Assembly (NCBI GenBank): GCA_964571635.1
Contig: CAZNCN010000003.1
Span: 28,007-92,006 of the forward strand
From: an uncultured Ruminococcus sp.
Lineage (GTDB): Bacteria > Bacillota > Clostridia > Oscillospirales > CAG-382
Reading direction: 5' to 3'
DNA length: 64,000 nucleotides
A model generated the notes under the pieces. The model saw only the letters and a program-made list of their open reading frames with translations. It searched no databases and was not told the origin of the DNA. The first letter of the stretch is position 1; the number at the start of each line of letters is the position of its first letter. The position numbers and the translations under genes were made by a program. Below are positions 55,932 through 64,000 of the stretch, piece after piece.

Positions 55932-58547
55932 ATGAAGGAACTTGATAAAAAATACGATCCCTCACAATTTGAGGACAGATTATATAACGAATGGTGCCAA
56001 AAGGGCTATTTCAAGCCGAGCGGCAAGGGCGAGAGCTTCAGCATCTCGATGCCGCCGCCCAACATCACAGGACAATTGCACATGGGTCACGCACTCGACA
56101 ACACGATGCAGGACATTCTTGCAAGATACAAGCGCATGTGCGGCTATAACGTTCTGTGGGTTCCCGGCACAGACCACGCTTCGATAGCCACCGAAGCCAA
56201 GATCGTCGAGGCTATGCGCAAGGAAGGACTCTCAAAGTCTGATCTCGGCAGAGACAAATTCCTTGAACGTGCTTGGGACTGGAAGGCAAAATACGGTGGC
56301 CGCATAGTCGATCAGCTCAAAAAAATGGGTTCTTCGTGTGACTGGTCGCACGAGCGCTTTACTATGGACGAGGGCTGCTCTGAGGCTGTCAAAGAGGTTT
56401 TTGTCAGGCTTTACGAAAAAGGTCTGATCTATCGTGGCGAACGCATCATCAACTGGTGCCCACACTGCCACACCTCCATTTCAAACGCCGAGGTCGAGCA
56501 CCGCGAACAACAGGGACATTTCTGGCACATACGCTATCCGCTGGTCGGCGGTGGCGGATTTGTCGAGGTGGCTACCACCAGACCTGAAACATTGCTCGGT
56601 GATACGGCGGTAGCGGTCAATCCCGACGACGAGAGATACAAGGATCTCATCGGCAGATATGTTGTTCTGCCGCTGGTCGGCAGGCGTATTCCGATAGTTG
56701 CGGACATACATGCACAACTCGACAAGGGCACAGGCTGCGTCAAGATCACCCCTGCACACGACCCCAACGACTTTGAGGTCGGCAGACGCCAGCATCTGCC
56801 TATCGAGGTCTGCCTTACCGAAGATGCGAGGATCACCGAGAATTATCCCAAATATGCCGGCATGGACAGATACGAGGCTCGCAAGGCTATCTTGACAGAC
56901 CTGCGAGAGGGCGGATATCTCGTCGAAACAGAGGACATCACGCACGAGGTCGGCACCTGCTATCGCTGCGGCACTACTATCGAGCCGATGGTATCTCTGC
57001 AGTGGTTCGTCAGAATGGAGCCGCTTGCAGGCCCTGCTATCGAAGCAGTCAAAAGCGGCGATATAAAGTTTATTCCCGAAAGGTTTGACAAAAACTATTT
57101 TCACTGGATGGAGAACACGCAGGACTGGTGCATCTCACGCCAGCTCTGGTGGGGACATCGCATACCTGCCTTCTATTGCCAAAGCTGCGGGCATACCACC
57201 GTCAGCAAGGACGATATACACACCTGCCCCGAATGCGGTGGCGAGGTGATGCAAGACCCCGACACGCTTGACACCTGGTTCTCGTCGGCGCTCTGGCCGT
57301 TCTCGACGCTCGGCTGGCCCAAGCAGACAAAGGACCTCGAAACATTTTATCCCAACACAGTGCTGGTCACAGGCTATGACATCATCACCTTCTGGGTATC
57401 GCGCATGATATTCTCGGGTCTTGAATACACAGGCAAAAAGCCGTTCTCTGACGTGCTGATACACGGGCTCATCCGCGACTCACAGGGTCGCAAGATGTCA
57501 AAATCGCTCGGCAACGGTGTCGATCCGCTCGAAATAATCGACCGCTATGGCGCGGACGCCCTCAGGTTCACGCTTGCAACAGGCAACAGCCCCGGAAACG
57601 ATATGCGCTTCTATGAAGAGCGTGTCGAGGCATCACGCAATTTTGCCAACAAGATCTGGAACGCCGCAAGGTTCGTCATGATGAACCTCGACGAGGACAT
57701 CGTTTGCCAAAAGCCTTCGTTTGATTCTCTCGAAACAGAGGATAAATGGGTTCTGTCGCTTTACAACAAGCTGGTCGGCGAGGTCAGAGAGAATCTCGAC
57801 AAATATGAGCTCGGCATCGCCGTTCAAAAGCTTTATGACTTCATCTGGGACATATTCTGCGACTGGTATATCGAGCTTGCAAAGGCAAGGCTGTTCGACA
57901 AAGAGTCGGCATCAAACCGCGTTGCGCAGACAGTGCTTGTTTATGTGCTTTCCAACACACTCAAGCTCTTGCATCCCTTCATGCCGTTTATCACCGAAGA
58001 GATCTGGCGCACACTGCCGCATGACGGTGACTCGATAATGATCTCTCAGTTCCCCATGACAGATACTTCGCTCTCGTTTGCCGAGGACGAAGAGTCTATG
58101 AGCGACATCATCGAGTGCATCAGAGCGATACGCAACCGCCGCAGCGAAATGAACGTTGCGCCTTCACGCAAAGCGCATATCTCGATAGTCACTTCACGCC
58201 CCGAACTATTCACCGGCAAGGATGCATTCTTTATCAGACTCGCTTCGGCACAGTCTGTTGCGATCAATCCCGAATCATTGCCCGAGAACGCCGTGCAGAT
58301 CATCACGGGCTCTGCCGCAGTCTATCTGCCGCTCGCCGATATCGTAGATATCGAAGCCGAGACCGCACGTCTTGAGCGTGAGATAGCCAAAGCCGATGCC
58401 GAGATCGCACGCGGCGAAGCAAAGCTCTCTAACGAAGGCTTCGTTTCGCGTGCACCGCAGGCTGTCGTCGATGCCGAAAAGGATAAATTGCAAAAAGCAA
58501 AAGCGCTCCGCGAAAAGCTTGCCGAAGCACTGGCACAGCTCAAATAA
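55932..58547 (+). CDS. valS: Valine--tRNA ligase
   Basis: The HIGH-type motif LHMGHAL, KMSKS, a zinc-knuckle CP1 region and a C-terminal coiled coil are present. Confidence 0.95.
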   Translation: MKELDKKYDPSQFEDRLYNEWCQKGYFKPSGKGESFSISMPPPNITGQLHMGHALDNTMQDILARYKRMCGYNVLWVPGTDHASIATEAKIVEAMRKEGLSKSDLGRDKFLERAWDWKAKYGGRIVDQLKKMGSSCDWSHERFTMDEGCSEAVKEVFVRLYEKGLIYRGERIINWCPHCHTSISNAEVEHREQQGHFWHIRYPLVGGGGFVEVATTRPETLLGDTAVAVNPDDERYKDLIGRYVVLPLVGRRIPIVADIHAQLDKGTGCVKITPAHDPNDFEVGRRQHLPIEVCLTEDARITENYPKYAGMDRYEARKAILTDLREGGYLVETEDITHEVGTCYRCGTTIEPMVSLQWFVRMEPLAGPAIEAVKSGDIKFIPERFDKNYFHWMENTQDWCISRQLWWGHRIPAFYCQSCGHTTVSKDDIHTCPECGGEVMQDPDTLDTWFSSALWPFSTLGWPKQTKDLETFYPNTVLVTGYDIITFWVSRMIFSGLEYTGKKPFSDVLIHGLIRDSQGRKMSKSLGNGVDPLEIIDRYGADALRFTLATGNSPGNDMRFYEERVEASRNFANKIWNAARFVMMNLDEDIVCQKPSFDSLETEDKWVLSLYNKLVGEVRENLDKYELGIAVQKLYDFIWDIFCDWYIELAKARLFDKESASNRVAQTVLVYVLSNTLKLLHPFMPFITEEIWRTLPHDGDSIMISQFPMTDTSLSFAEDEESMSDIIECIRAIRNRRSEMNVAPSRKAHISIVTSRPELFTGKDAFFIRLASAQSVAINPESLPENAVQIITGSAAVYLPLADIVDIEAETARLEREIAKADAEIARGEAKLSNEGFVSRAPQAVVDAEKDKLQKAKALREKLAEALAQLK

Positions 58548-58570
58548 CTCCAAGCAAACCAAATATATGC

Positions 58571-58598
58571 AAAAAAGAGCCGATAACGGCTCTTTTTT
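58571..58598. terminator. Bidirectional terminator between valS and the pilus operon
   Basis: AAAAAAGAGCCG/CGGCTCTTTTTT hairpin. Confidence 0.8.
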
Positions 58599-58601
58599 AT
58601 T

Positions 58602-59189
58602 TCACTTTGCAGTGCAATAAAGCACTATATATTCAAAATCATAAACATTTTTGACGAATATGACAAGGTCGGCGGCATCCGAATATATCGCATCGCCCTC
58701 GGCGTGATCACGATATTTTATGTCACATACAGCATACGAAAATCGATTGCCGAGCATATCTGTCAGATAAACGCTGTCGCCGACAGAAATCTGCTTGACA
58801 AAATCAAACTGCCCTGCGGCATTAGATGTGCCGATTATCATCGAGCGGTCGTAGGCGTATCCGTCAAACCTGCAGGGAAAATATGCGTTTTTTATCCATT
58901 CAGAGCCGACCGGCAGACAAGCGTCACAGGCGGGCATTTCTATCAGCGCACAAAAATCATTGTCATCGATATTAAGCGACGGCATAGTGTTGTCGGTACG
59001 CTCCTCAAGCACCGCAGGGCGAGGCGTCGGAATGATCGAGCCTATGAGCTCTGCATACTCATCGTTGCGCTGCTTATTGCCGCCGAGCGAAACAAACCGC
59101 ACGACTATCAGGCAGACAGACGCTATCACGAGCAACAGCCCCAAAACAAGGCATATGCGTGAAATACAAGTCTTTTTATTGCTCGTCAT
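58602..59189 (-). CDS. Sortase-fold protein lacking canonical catalytic His/Cys/Arg (pseudo-sortase candidate)
   Basis: It has an ATGA overlap with the upstream pilin gene and an N-terminal TM segment. The sortase-like layout is IIGTSNAAGQFDFVKQISVGDSVYLTDMLGNRFSYAV...DLVIFVKN. T replaces the His and KN replaces the TLxTC Cys, and no downstream Arg strand is present. Confidence 0.5.
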   Translation of the reverse strand: MTSNKKTCISRICLVLGLLLVIASVCLIVVRFVSLGGNKQRNDEYAELIGSIIPTPRPAVLEERTDNTMPSLNIDDNDFCALIEMPACDACLPVGSEWIKNAYFPCRFDGYAYDRSMIIGTSNAAGQFDFVKQISVGDSVYLTDMLGNRFSYAVCDIKYRDHAEGDAIYSDAADLVIFVKNVYDFEYIVLYCTAK

Positions 59190-60124
59190 CTTGAGCCGAG
59201 CCTCTTTTTCATCGCAGTGCCGACGATTATCAGCACTATACCCGAAATGCACATAAGTGCAACATAAAGCCCTGCCTCAAACGTGTCGCCTGTCGGCGGC
59301 GGATTGGGCGAATCGGGGTCGGCGTTGACTATCGAAAAAGTCACATTGTGCTTATCGACAGTCACGACATAGCCGTCGGGAACATCCTTTTCGGCGACCT
59401 GCCATCTGTCGGTGTCATTGGCGGCGTTCCACGAATAAGACCAGTTATTCTGTGCCGAAAGAACAACTGTTTTGGCTATCTCACCGTTGCGCAAAATGTC
59501 AACGGTTATCTCTGTCGGGCGCTTGTGCTCGTTGCCGACGTCACGCCAGAGCTTGACGACCTTATAAGAATCAGATCCCCCTGTCGAAAGGTCGATATTG
59601 GGCTTTGGATTGGCAGTTATGTCATAGACCCACATGCCGTTCCCGTCAAGACCGGGCACGGCGATGAGCGCAGAATCAAAATAATATAATATTCCGTTGC
59701 CGTTGAGTGCCATCGGCATCACAAAATAAATCCCCGGTGTCAGTCCTTCAAATATGACAGTGCCGCCTGCAGACTTTTTTTGCACGGTGGGCTCGGGATG
59801 ATTTGCATCGACGAAACTTTCGAACGTAGTGCGCACCGTGTTCCATTCGCTGTCTGAAGCAATGCCGTTCAGCACGAGCGACGTCGGCGCAAAAGCATCG
59901 GTGAGCGTATATTGCATATCGGCGCTTACGCTTGCGACATGATATATCGCGAGGTCAAAATCGGCGAATGTTGTTTCGCTGTTCAAATAATTGATCGTCA
60001 ACGTGCACTCTCTCGAAGCATCTATCGGCAATGTCGCATCGGATGTCGAAGCGGCATCGCACGCAAAAGCAAAAAGGCAGGCGCAAATGCAGAATATAAC
60101 GGCAAAAGATATAATTCTCTTCAT
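59186..60124 (-). CDS. Cna-B domain pilin-like surface protein with PPPTG sorting signal (minor/basal pilin candidate)
   Basis: It has a signal peptide. The CnaB pattern is KVVKLWRD...RPTEITVDILRNGE...LSAQNNWSYSW...VPDGYVVTV. The C-terminus has NPPPTGD, a hydrophobic segment and KKR. Confidence 0.75.
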   Translation of the reverse strand: MKRIISFAVIFCICACLFAFACDAASTSDATLPIDASRECTLTINYLNSETTFADFDLAIYHVASVSADMQYTLTDAFAPTSLVLNGIASDSEWNTVRTTFESFVDANHPEPTVQKKSAGGTVIFEGLTPGIYFVMPMALNGNGILYYFDSALIAVPGLDGNGMWVYDITANPKPNIDLSTGGSDSYKVVKLWRDVGNEHKRPTEITVDILRNGEIAKTVVLSAQNNWSYSWNAANDTDRWQVAEKDVPDGYVVTVDKHNVTFSIVNADPDSPNPPPTGDTFEAGLYVALMCISGIVLIIVGTAMKKRLGSR

Positions 60125-60966
60125 TGTTCCTCCTTTGAAATAAGCGGCTTAGAGCCCTTGTCTCTGTATTTTATCATGAGCATTATAAGCAAAATAAGCA
60201 GCATGGGCGCAGCAACGACAGGTGTTGCGACGAGCGAATCGATCTTGAACGCATCTGAAGTAACATGCAGTGTCGGCTTGGCGTTCTCAATTCGAGCGCC
60301 TCTGACGAGCAGCCTGTGCGAATTAATGCCATAGGGCGTGCAGGTGAGCAGCGTGACGTGATCCTCGCCATCGATTATGCGCACGTCGTTTGTGTCGTCG
60401 GGGTTGACGACCTTGATCTGATCTATCTGATAGGTGACTGTGCGGTCAAGAATGGTTATTGTAAAAACATCGCCCAATTCGAGCTTGTCAAGATCTGTAA
60501 AAAGCTTAGCGTGAGGCAAGCCCCTGTGTGCCGAAAGCACTGCGTGCGTGCTCTCACCGCCGACAGGCAACGAAGTGCCCTCGAGATGTCCGCAGGCGAT
60601 ATTGAGCACCTCGGTCGAAGTGCCGTGATAAAGCGGCAGTTCAACGCCCAGCTTTTCGATGGTTATATAGCCCATAACGCCGTTATTGTTGATGTTGAGA
60701 ATGTCGTCATAGCCCTCGAGCGTGTTATAGTCATTCAGCGGCGAGCCGAGCTGCGACAGTGAATGATTATAATCATCGGCGGCATCAAAATATTTTGAGA
60801 AATCCTCTTTTTTGATAGAATCGAGCAGTTGTTGATAATCCTCGACCGCTCTCGTCTGGGTCTTATAGTTCCAATATTGGCTTATGCTGGGGTAAAGCAG
60901 CACACAGACACCTATGAAGAGCATCAGAACCAATATGATACTCACCTTGTCTTTTTTCATAGTCAT
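60121..60966 (-). CDS. srtC: Class C (pilin-polymerising) sortase
   Basis: It has an N-terminal TM segment, the motifs LSAHRG and TLLTCTPYGINSHRLLVRG, and a C-terminal TM lid anchor. Confidence 0.9.
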   Translation of the reverse strand: MTMKKDKVSIILVLMLFIGVCVLLYPSISQYWNYKTQTRAVEDYQQLLDSIKKEDFSKYFDAADDYNHSLSQLGSPLNDYNTLEGYDDILNINNNGVMGYITIEKLGVELPLYHGTSTEVLNIACGHLEGTSLPVGGESTHAVLSAHRGLPHAKLFTDLDKLELGDVFTITILDRTVTYQIDQIKVVNPDDTNDVRIIDGEDHVTLLTCTPYGINSHRLLVRGARIENAKPTLHVTSDAFKIDSLVATPVVAAPMLLILLIMLMIKYRDKGSKPLISKEEQ

Positions 60967-60986
60967 CTCTCCACTGCCTTGAATAG

Positions 60987-61017
60987 GCGGCGGCGGATAG
61001 CGTATATCCGCCGCCGC
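60987..61017 (-). promoter_or_regulatory. GC-rich intercistronic stem-loop between the major pilin and sortase genes
   Basis: A 13-bp perfect stem GCGGCGGCGGATA/TATCCGCCGCCGC has a 5-nt loop. No U-tract follows it. Confidence 0.5.
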
Positions 61018-61039
61018 AGTTTAGAACTAAACTTTAAAG

Positions 61040-62584
61040 TCAGTCCTCATAGACCGACATCTTTTTGCGGGTGATCATGAATACCACTGCGATCAAAGCG
61101 ACGATCGAGCCCAGGGTTATAAACAGAGTTGTGCCTGTCGAACCTGTCTCGGGAAGCTTGGTGCCGGACTGGTTGTTGACCTTGACAACTTTTGTTGTGT
61201 AGGTGAGCTGATTATCTTCACCGGTCGTTGCAGCCTCAACTTTAGCCTCTATATCCGAAGAAAGCTTGTTATAGCCGGCAGGAGCTTTGATCTCACGGAG
61301 ATGGTAGGTGTCAGCATCAAGACCGTCGATGCAGATTTTGCCGTCTGCACCTGTTGTGAGAACAGAAGCGGCATCCCATGTTTGACCCTCTGCAGGAAGT
61401 GCAATCCAAGATTTCAGCTTGCCGTTTTCAAAAGTTGCAACCTTGTCGCTTGTGCTGTTAAGCAAAACGAACTGTGCATCCTTAAGGACTGCGGTTTCTA
61501 CGCCATTAGCGTATTTGAGGACATCAAGATCCCAAGTGTAGGTAACTGTTTCGCTCGGCTCGGTGTATCTTGTATCGGTTGTATCTGCTTTTTCGCCATA
61601 GTCAAGCCAAGTCTTGTTGGGGTTGCCGGGAAGTGCAATAACCGCATCCTCATTGACGGTTGCGGTATAAGTTATAACGATATCGGTAGGTGTATTGCCA
61701 GTGCCATTCTTGATGGTGTCAAGGAATGCTTTGGTGAAATGAATCTCGAAATCGCAAACATTCTGGGGAATTATAAGAGTGCCGCCTTGACCGGACTGCG
61801 AAGTTGAATGCACAAAACTATGCTTAACGGTATAATCAGTGCCTTCAACAAGCGGAGTTTCGTCCACTTTGATCTCGATTGAGCCTCTATTAAAGGTCAA
61901 GCCTGCGGACATCTGGTCGTGAACAACATAATTTTCTGCGCCTTCATAAGCCTTGACGATGGTTTTGAACTCAACGGTATCGCCTATATCAGCGTCGTTG
62001 ATCTTGCCCCAAGCGTCATCACCTGTTTTGGAGTCCTCTTTGACATACTTGTCGATGGTAGGAACAGTGTTCTTTTCGGTGATTGTAACATTGCGGTCGG
62101 TTGTTTTCAGCGCGCAAAGAGTGCCGAGAGTGGTGTCGACTGCATAGTATCCGAGAGAAAGGTCATCAAACTTAACTGTCGTGCTTGTTGCCTTTATTGT
62201 CTTGTCGGGAGTGATCTCGGCAGCCTTTGCATATGCGATAACTGCCTTTGCAAACTCTGCAGCGTCAGCGTCCTTGACCCAAGTGACATAGCCATTTGTG
62301 TCGAACGTAACATATTTCTGCTGCGCTGTAGCCTTAAGCCAATTTTCCCAAGTATCGGTAGCGGTGTAGACATAAGCACTTGCCGTCGAATCATAGCTTT
62401 CGAGAACGAGCAACTGATAAATATCATAAGTCTCGCCTATAACAGCATTGCTGATGGTTATCGAACCCTTATCAGTCGATGTACCGGTGACAGGGTCAGA
62501 TGTTGTCTCTTCTTCTGCAAATGCGGTCATGCCGAGTGAGAGGAGCATGACTGCAACAAGAATGAGTGCGAATGTTTTTTTCAT
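61040..62584 (-). CDS. LPXTG-anchored major pilin candidate (SpaA/SpaH-like)
   Basis: It has a signal peptide and Ig-like repeats ending in TYHLREIKAPAGYNKL. The C-terminus has LPETG, a hydrophobic segment and RKK. Confidence 0.8.
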   Translation of the reverse strand: MKKTFALILVAVMLLSLGMTAFAEEETTSDPVTGTSTDKGSITISNAVIGETYDIYQLLVLESYDSTASAYVYTATDTWENWLKATAQQKYVTFDTNGYVTWVKDADAAEFAKAVIAYAKAAEITPDKTIKATSTTVKFDDLSLGYYAVDTTLGTLCALKTTDRNVTITEKNTVPTIDKYVKEDSKTGDDAWGKINDADIGDTVEFKTIVKAYEGAENYVVHDQMSAGLTFNRGSIEIKVDETPLVEGTDYTVKHSFVHSTSQSGQGGTLIIPQNVCDFEIHFTKAFLDTIKNGTGNTPTDIVITYTATVNEDAVIALPGNPNKTWLDYGEKADTTDTRYTEPSETVTYTWDLDVLKYANGVETAVLKDAQFVLLNSTSDKVATFENGKLKSWIALPAEGQTWDAASVLTTGADGKICIDGLDADTYHLREIKAPAGYNKLSSDIEAKVEAATTGEDNQLTYTTKVVKVNNQSGTKLPETGSTGTTLFITLGSIVALIAVVFMITRKKMSVYED

Positions 62585-62680
62585 CGTAGTTTTCCTTTCA
62601 ACTTTTGATAAAAATTTTTGATGTGTTCAAATGCGTTTTGCGCATCTACGGCGTATGCACCGTATGAGGGGCAAGCTAAA

Positions 62681-64000
62681 TCAACTCAGCCTCCCTTCGC
62701 GCTTACGCCGCCGAATGCATACAAAACGGTATATCACAGGCAAGGCTATCAAAGCCAGACCTGCTAATATAAAGGGAAGTTCGCCGCCCCCGCCCGTGCC
62801 GGGCAACTCGGGGCTGGTGAAGTTGGTTATTGTTTCGCCATCCCAATCTTCGTATGAAACATCACCATACGCAATAGTGATATGATACGGCGTGTTATCA
62901 ACAGCGTATCCGGGTGGCGCTTTGGTTTCTGTGAGAATGTATTTGTGTCCCGACGGAATGTTTTTGAATGTCACTTTGCCGTCTTGATCCGAAATTGCGG
63001 TGAAAGGATTAAATTTAACATAACTTTCTCCGTCGCCTCGGCAAATAGCACATTCTTTATCGTCGTGCACGAGCTTAAACTCTGCTCCGGCAAGAGACCT
63101 GCCGTCAGAGCCTTTCTTTTCGAACGTAAACTCGCCCAAATATCCGTGCACACGCGGGATTTTAAATTCAAGCGTGCGTGCTTCGGAGAGCGTCGTGTTG
63201 TCGTTCTCGGTCTTAAAAACGCGGTATGTTAAAGTTGTCTTGTCGTTGGTTTTATAGATTTTATCTTCAACAAACTCATCAACCTCATTTTTCAGCCTGA
63301 CACGGTATGTCAGTGAATAGGTGTAATAAGTTGTTTCGACTTCGTCCTTCTTCACGACCTCGGTTGTGTATCTCGATTTTTTCAGATCCCAATTGATTAT
63401 ATTTTGCTCATTGTCACTATTTTCAAGCTTACCAAGCTTGCAAGACGCTGTGTTTTCGTCTTTTTCGCTGTTGCTGACGCTAAGCTCATTGCCACTAAGT
63501 TTACTATTTCTATCATAGAAACCTATAAACTCAAGATATTCGGGTGTTGCCCAGGGCAACGGGTCGTTTGCGACCCAGTCGGCTTTTGAAGCAGCCTCGG
63601 TTGTCGTCTTGATCTCTTTGAATATGTCATCATAAGCCTTTTTTAGTCCTTCGGCATCTGTACTGTCATAGTAATAACCTGAGCCGATGGAATTTTTAAG
63701 CCAGTTTTTGTATGATTCATCGCTTGTCTCGTCACCGATCTCGTATGTTGTTCCGGTTCGGTCGACGATAGAAAAACTCTTGCCTTCCGAACTATCAATG
63801 TACTGTTGGATCGTCTGACCACCTACATCAACACCGATAGAAAAGATCTTTGTACCGGATTTTTTTATAGCAGTCGCCATCTCTCTGGCTCTTATCGCCG
63901 CTTCATCAGAGTAGCTTGTGCCATATAGGCAAGGGCTATTAAAAACATGGTCATAAAAATAATCGCCTTTTTCGTCATATGGGTCATAGCCCTTGTATCC
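62681..64000 (-). CDS. LPXTG-anchored pilus tip adhesin candidate (vWA-like end + CnaB/SpaA-fold domains), 5' end beyond window
   Basis: The frame stays open from the first Met at 63880 to nt 64000. The segment KIFSIGVDVGG resembles the end of a vWA domain. A further motif is GAEFKLV...GKVTFKNIPSGHKYILTETKAPPGY. The C-terminus has LPGTG, a hydrophobic segment and RRRKR. Confidence 0.75.
   Translation of the reverse strand, partial: GYKGYDPYDEKGDYFYDHVFNSPCLYGTSYSDEAAIRAREMATAIKKSGTKIFSIGVDVGGQTIQQYIDSSEGKSFSIVDRTGTTYEIGDETSDESYKNWLKNSIGSGYYYDSTDAEGLKKAYDDIFKEIKTTTEAASKADWVANDPLPWATPEYLEFIGFYDRNSKLSGNELSVSNSEKDENTASCKLGKLENSDNEQNIINWDLKKSRYTTEVVKKDEVETTYYTYSLTYRVRLKNEVDEFVEDKIYKTNDKTTLTYRVFKTENDNTTLSEARTLEFKIPRVHGYLGEFTFEKKGSDGRSLAGAEFKLVHDDKECAICRGDGESYVKFNPFTAISDQDGKVTFKNIPSGHKYILTETKAPPGYAVDNTPYHITIAYGDVSYEDWDGETITNFTSPELPGTGGGGELPFILAGLALIALPVIYRFVCIRRRKREGRLS

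Noticed and set aside
56481-57104. A 207-aa ORF antisense to valS. The same applies to 33500-34165 antisense to the GH109-like gene and 43774-44361 in an alternative frame within pit.
   Set aside because: The host genes are strongly supported by class-defining motifs. These ORFs have no RBS and no motifs.
1-64000. CRISPR arrays, transposases, integrases, prophage genes and rRNA.
   Set aside because: I saw no spaced direct repeats and no recognisable recombinase or phage structural motifs in any listed ORF. The only mobile-element trace is the group II intron relic.

Overview
The window is a roughly 52% GC chromosomal segment. By inference from gene content it comes from a spore-forming anaerobic Firmicute (Clostridia, Oscillospiraceae or Ruminococcaceae-like). 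The supporting genes are HydAB bifurcating hydrogenase, an alpha/beta SASP, IreB, PPi-type PFK and sortase pili. Most of the window is densely packed housekeeping and metabolic genes: hydB/hydA, rpmE, hflX, hom, lysC, pcrA, valS, pit, ABC transporters and a HexNAc salvage operon. Four tRNAs are present: Glu-CUC, Arg-CCU and Leu-CAG, the last on the minus strand (three called; no fourth found). Near-consensus sigma-A promoters and clear intrinsic terminators are visible. Accessory or unusual content is as follows. (1) A translationally coupled two-gene operon encodes a helical-repeat TIR-like protein and a PP2C phosphatase (47340-49624), next to tRNA-Leu. This is my top candidate for an undescribed system. 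(2) A second, stand-alone TIR protein carries a GYG-repeat tail (3288-4079). (3) A decayed class C group II intron of about 680 nt sits just after the tRNA-Leu terminator, with intact-looking domains V and VI but a gutted RT ORF. (4) A P-loop ATPase gene needs a -1 shift exactly on an A_AAA_AAG heptamer. (5) A candidate cobalamin riboswitch precedes two DUF4430/transcobalamin-like surface proteins. (6) An XRE-HTH + cupin + acyl-CoA synthetase fusion is followed by an orphan histidine kinase. (7) A sortase-dependent pilus locus runs off the right edge and ends in a sortase-fold gene that lacks the canonical His/Cys/Arg. (8) A WYL regulator has AT-rich, apparently gene-free flanks. No CRISPR array, transposase, prophage or rRNA was seen. 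All domain calls come from motif recognition by eye and no database search was run.
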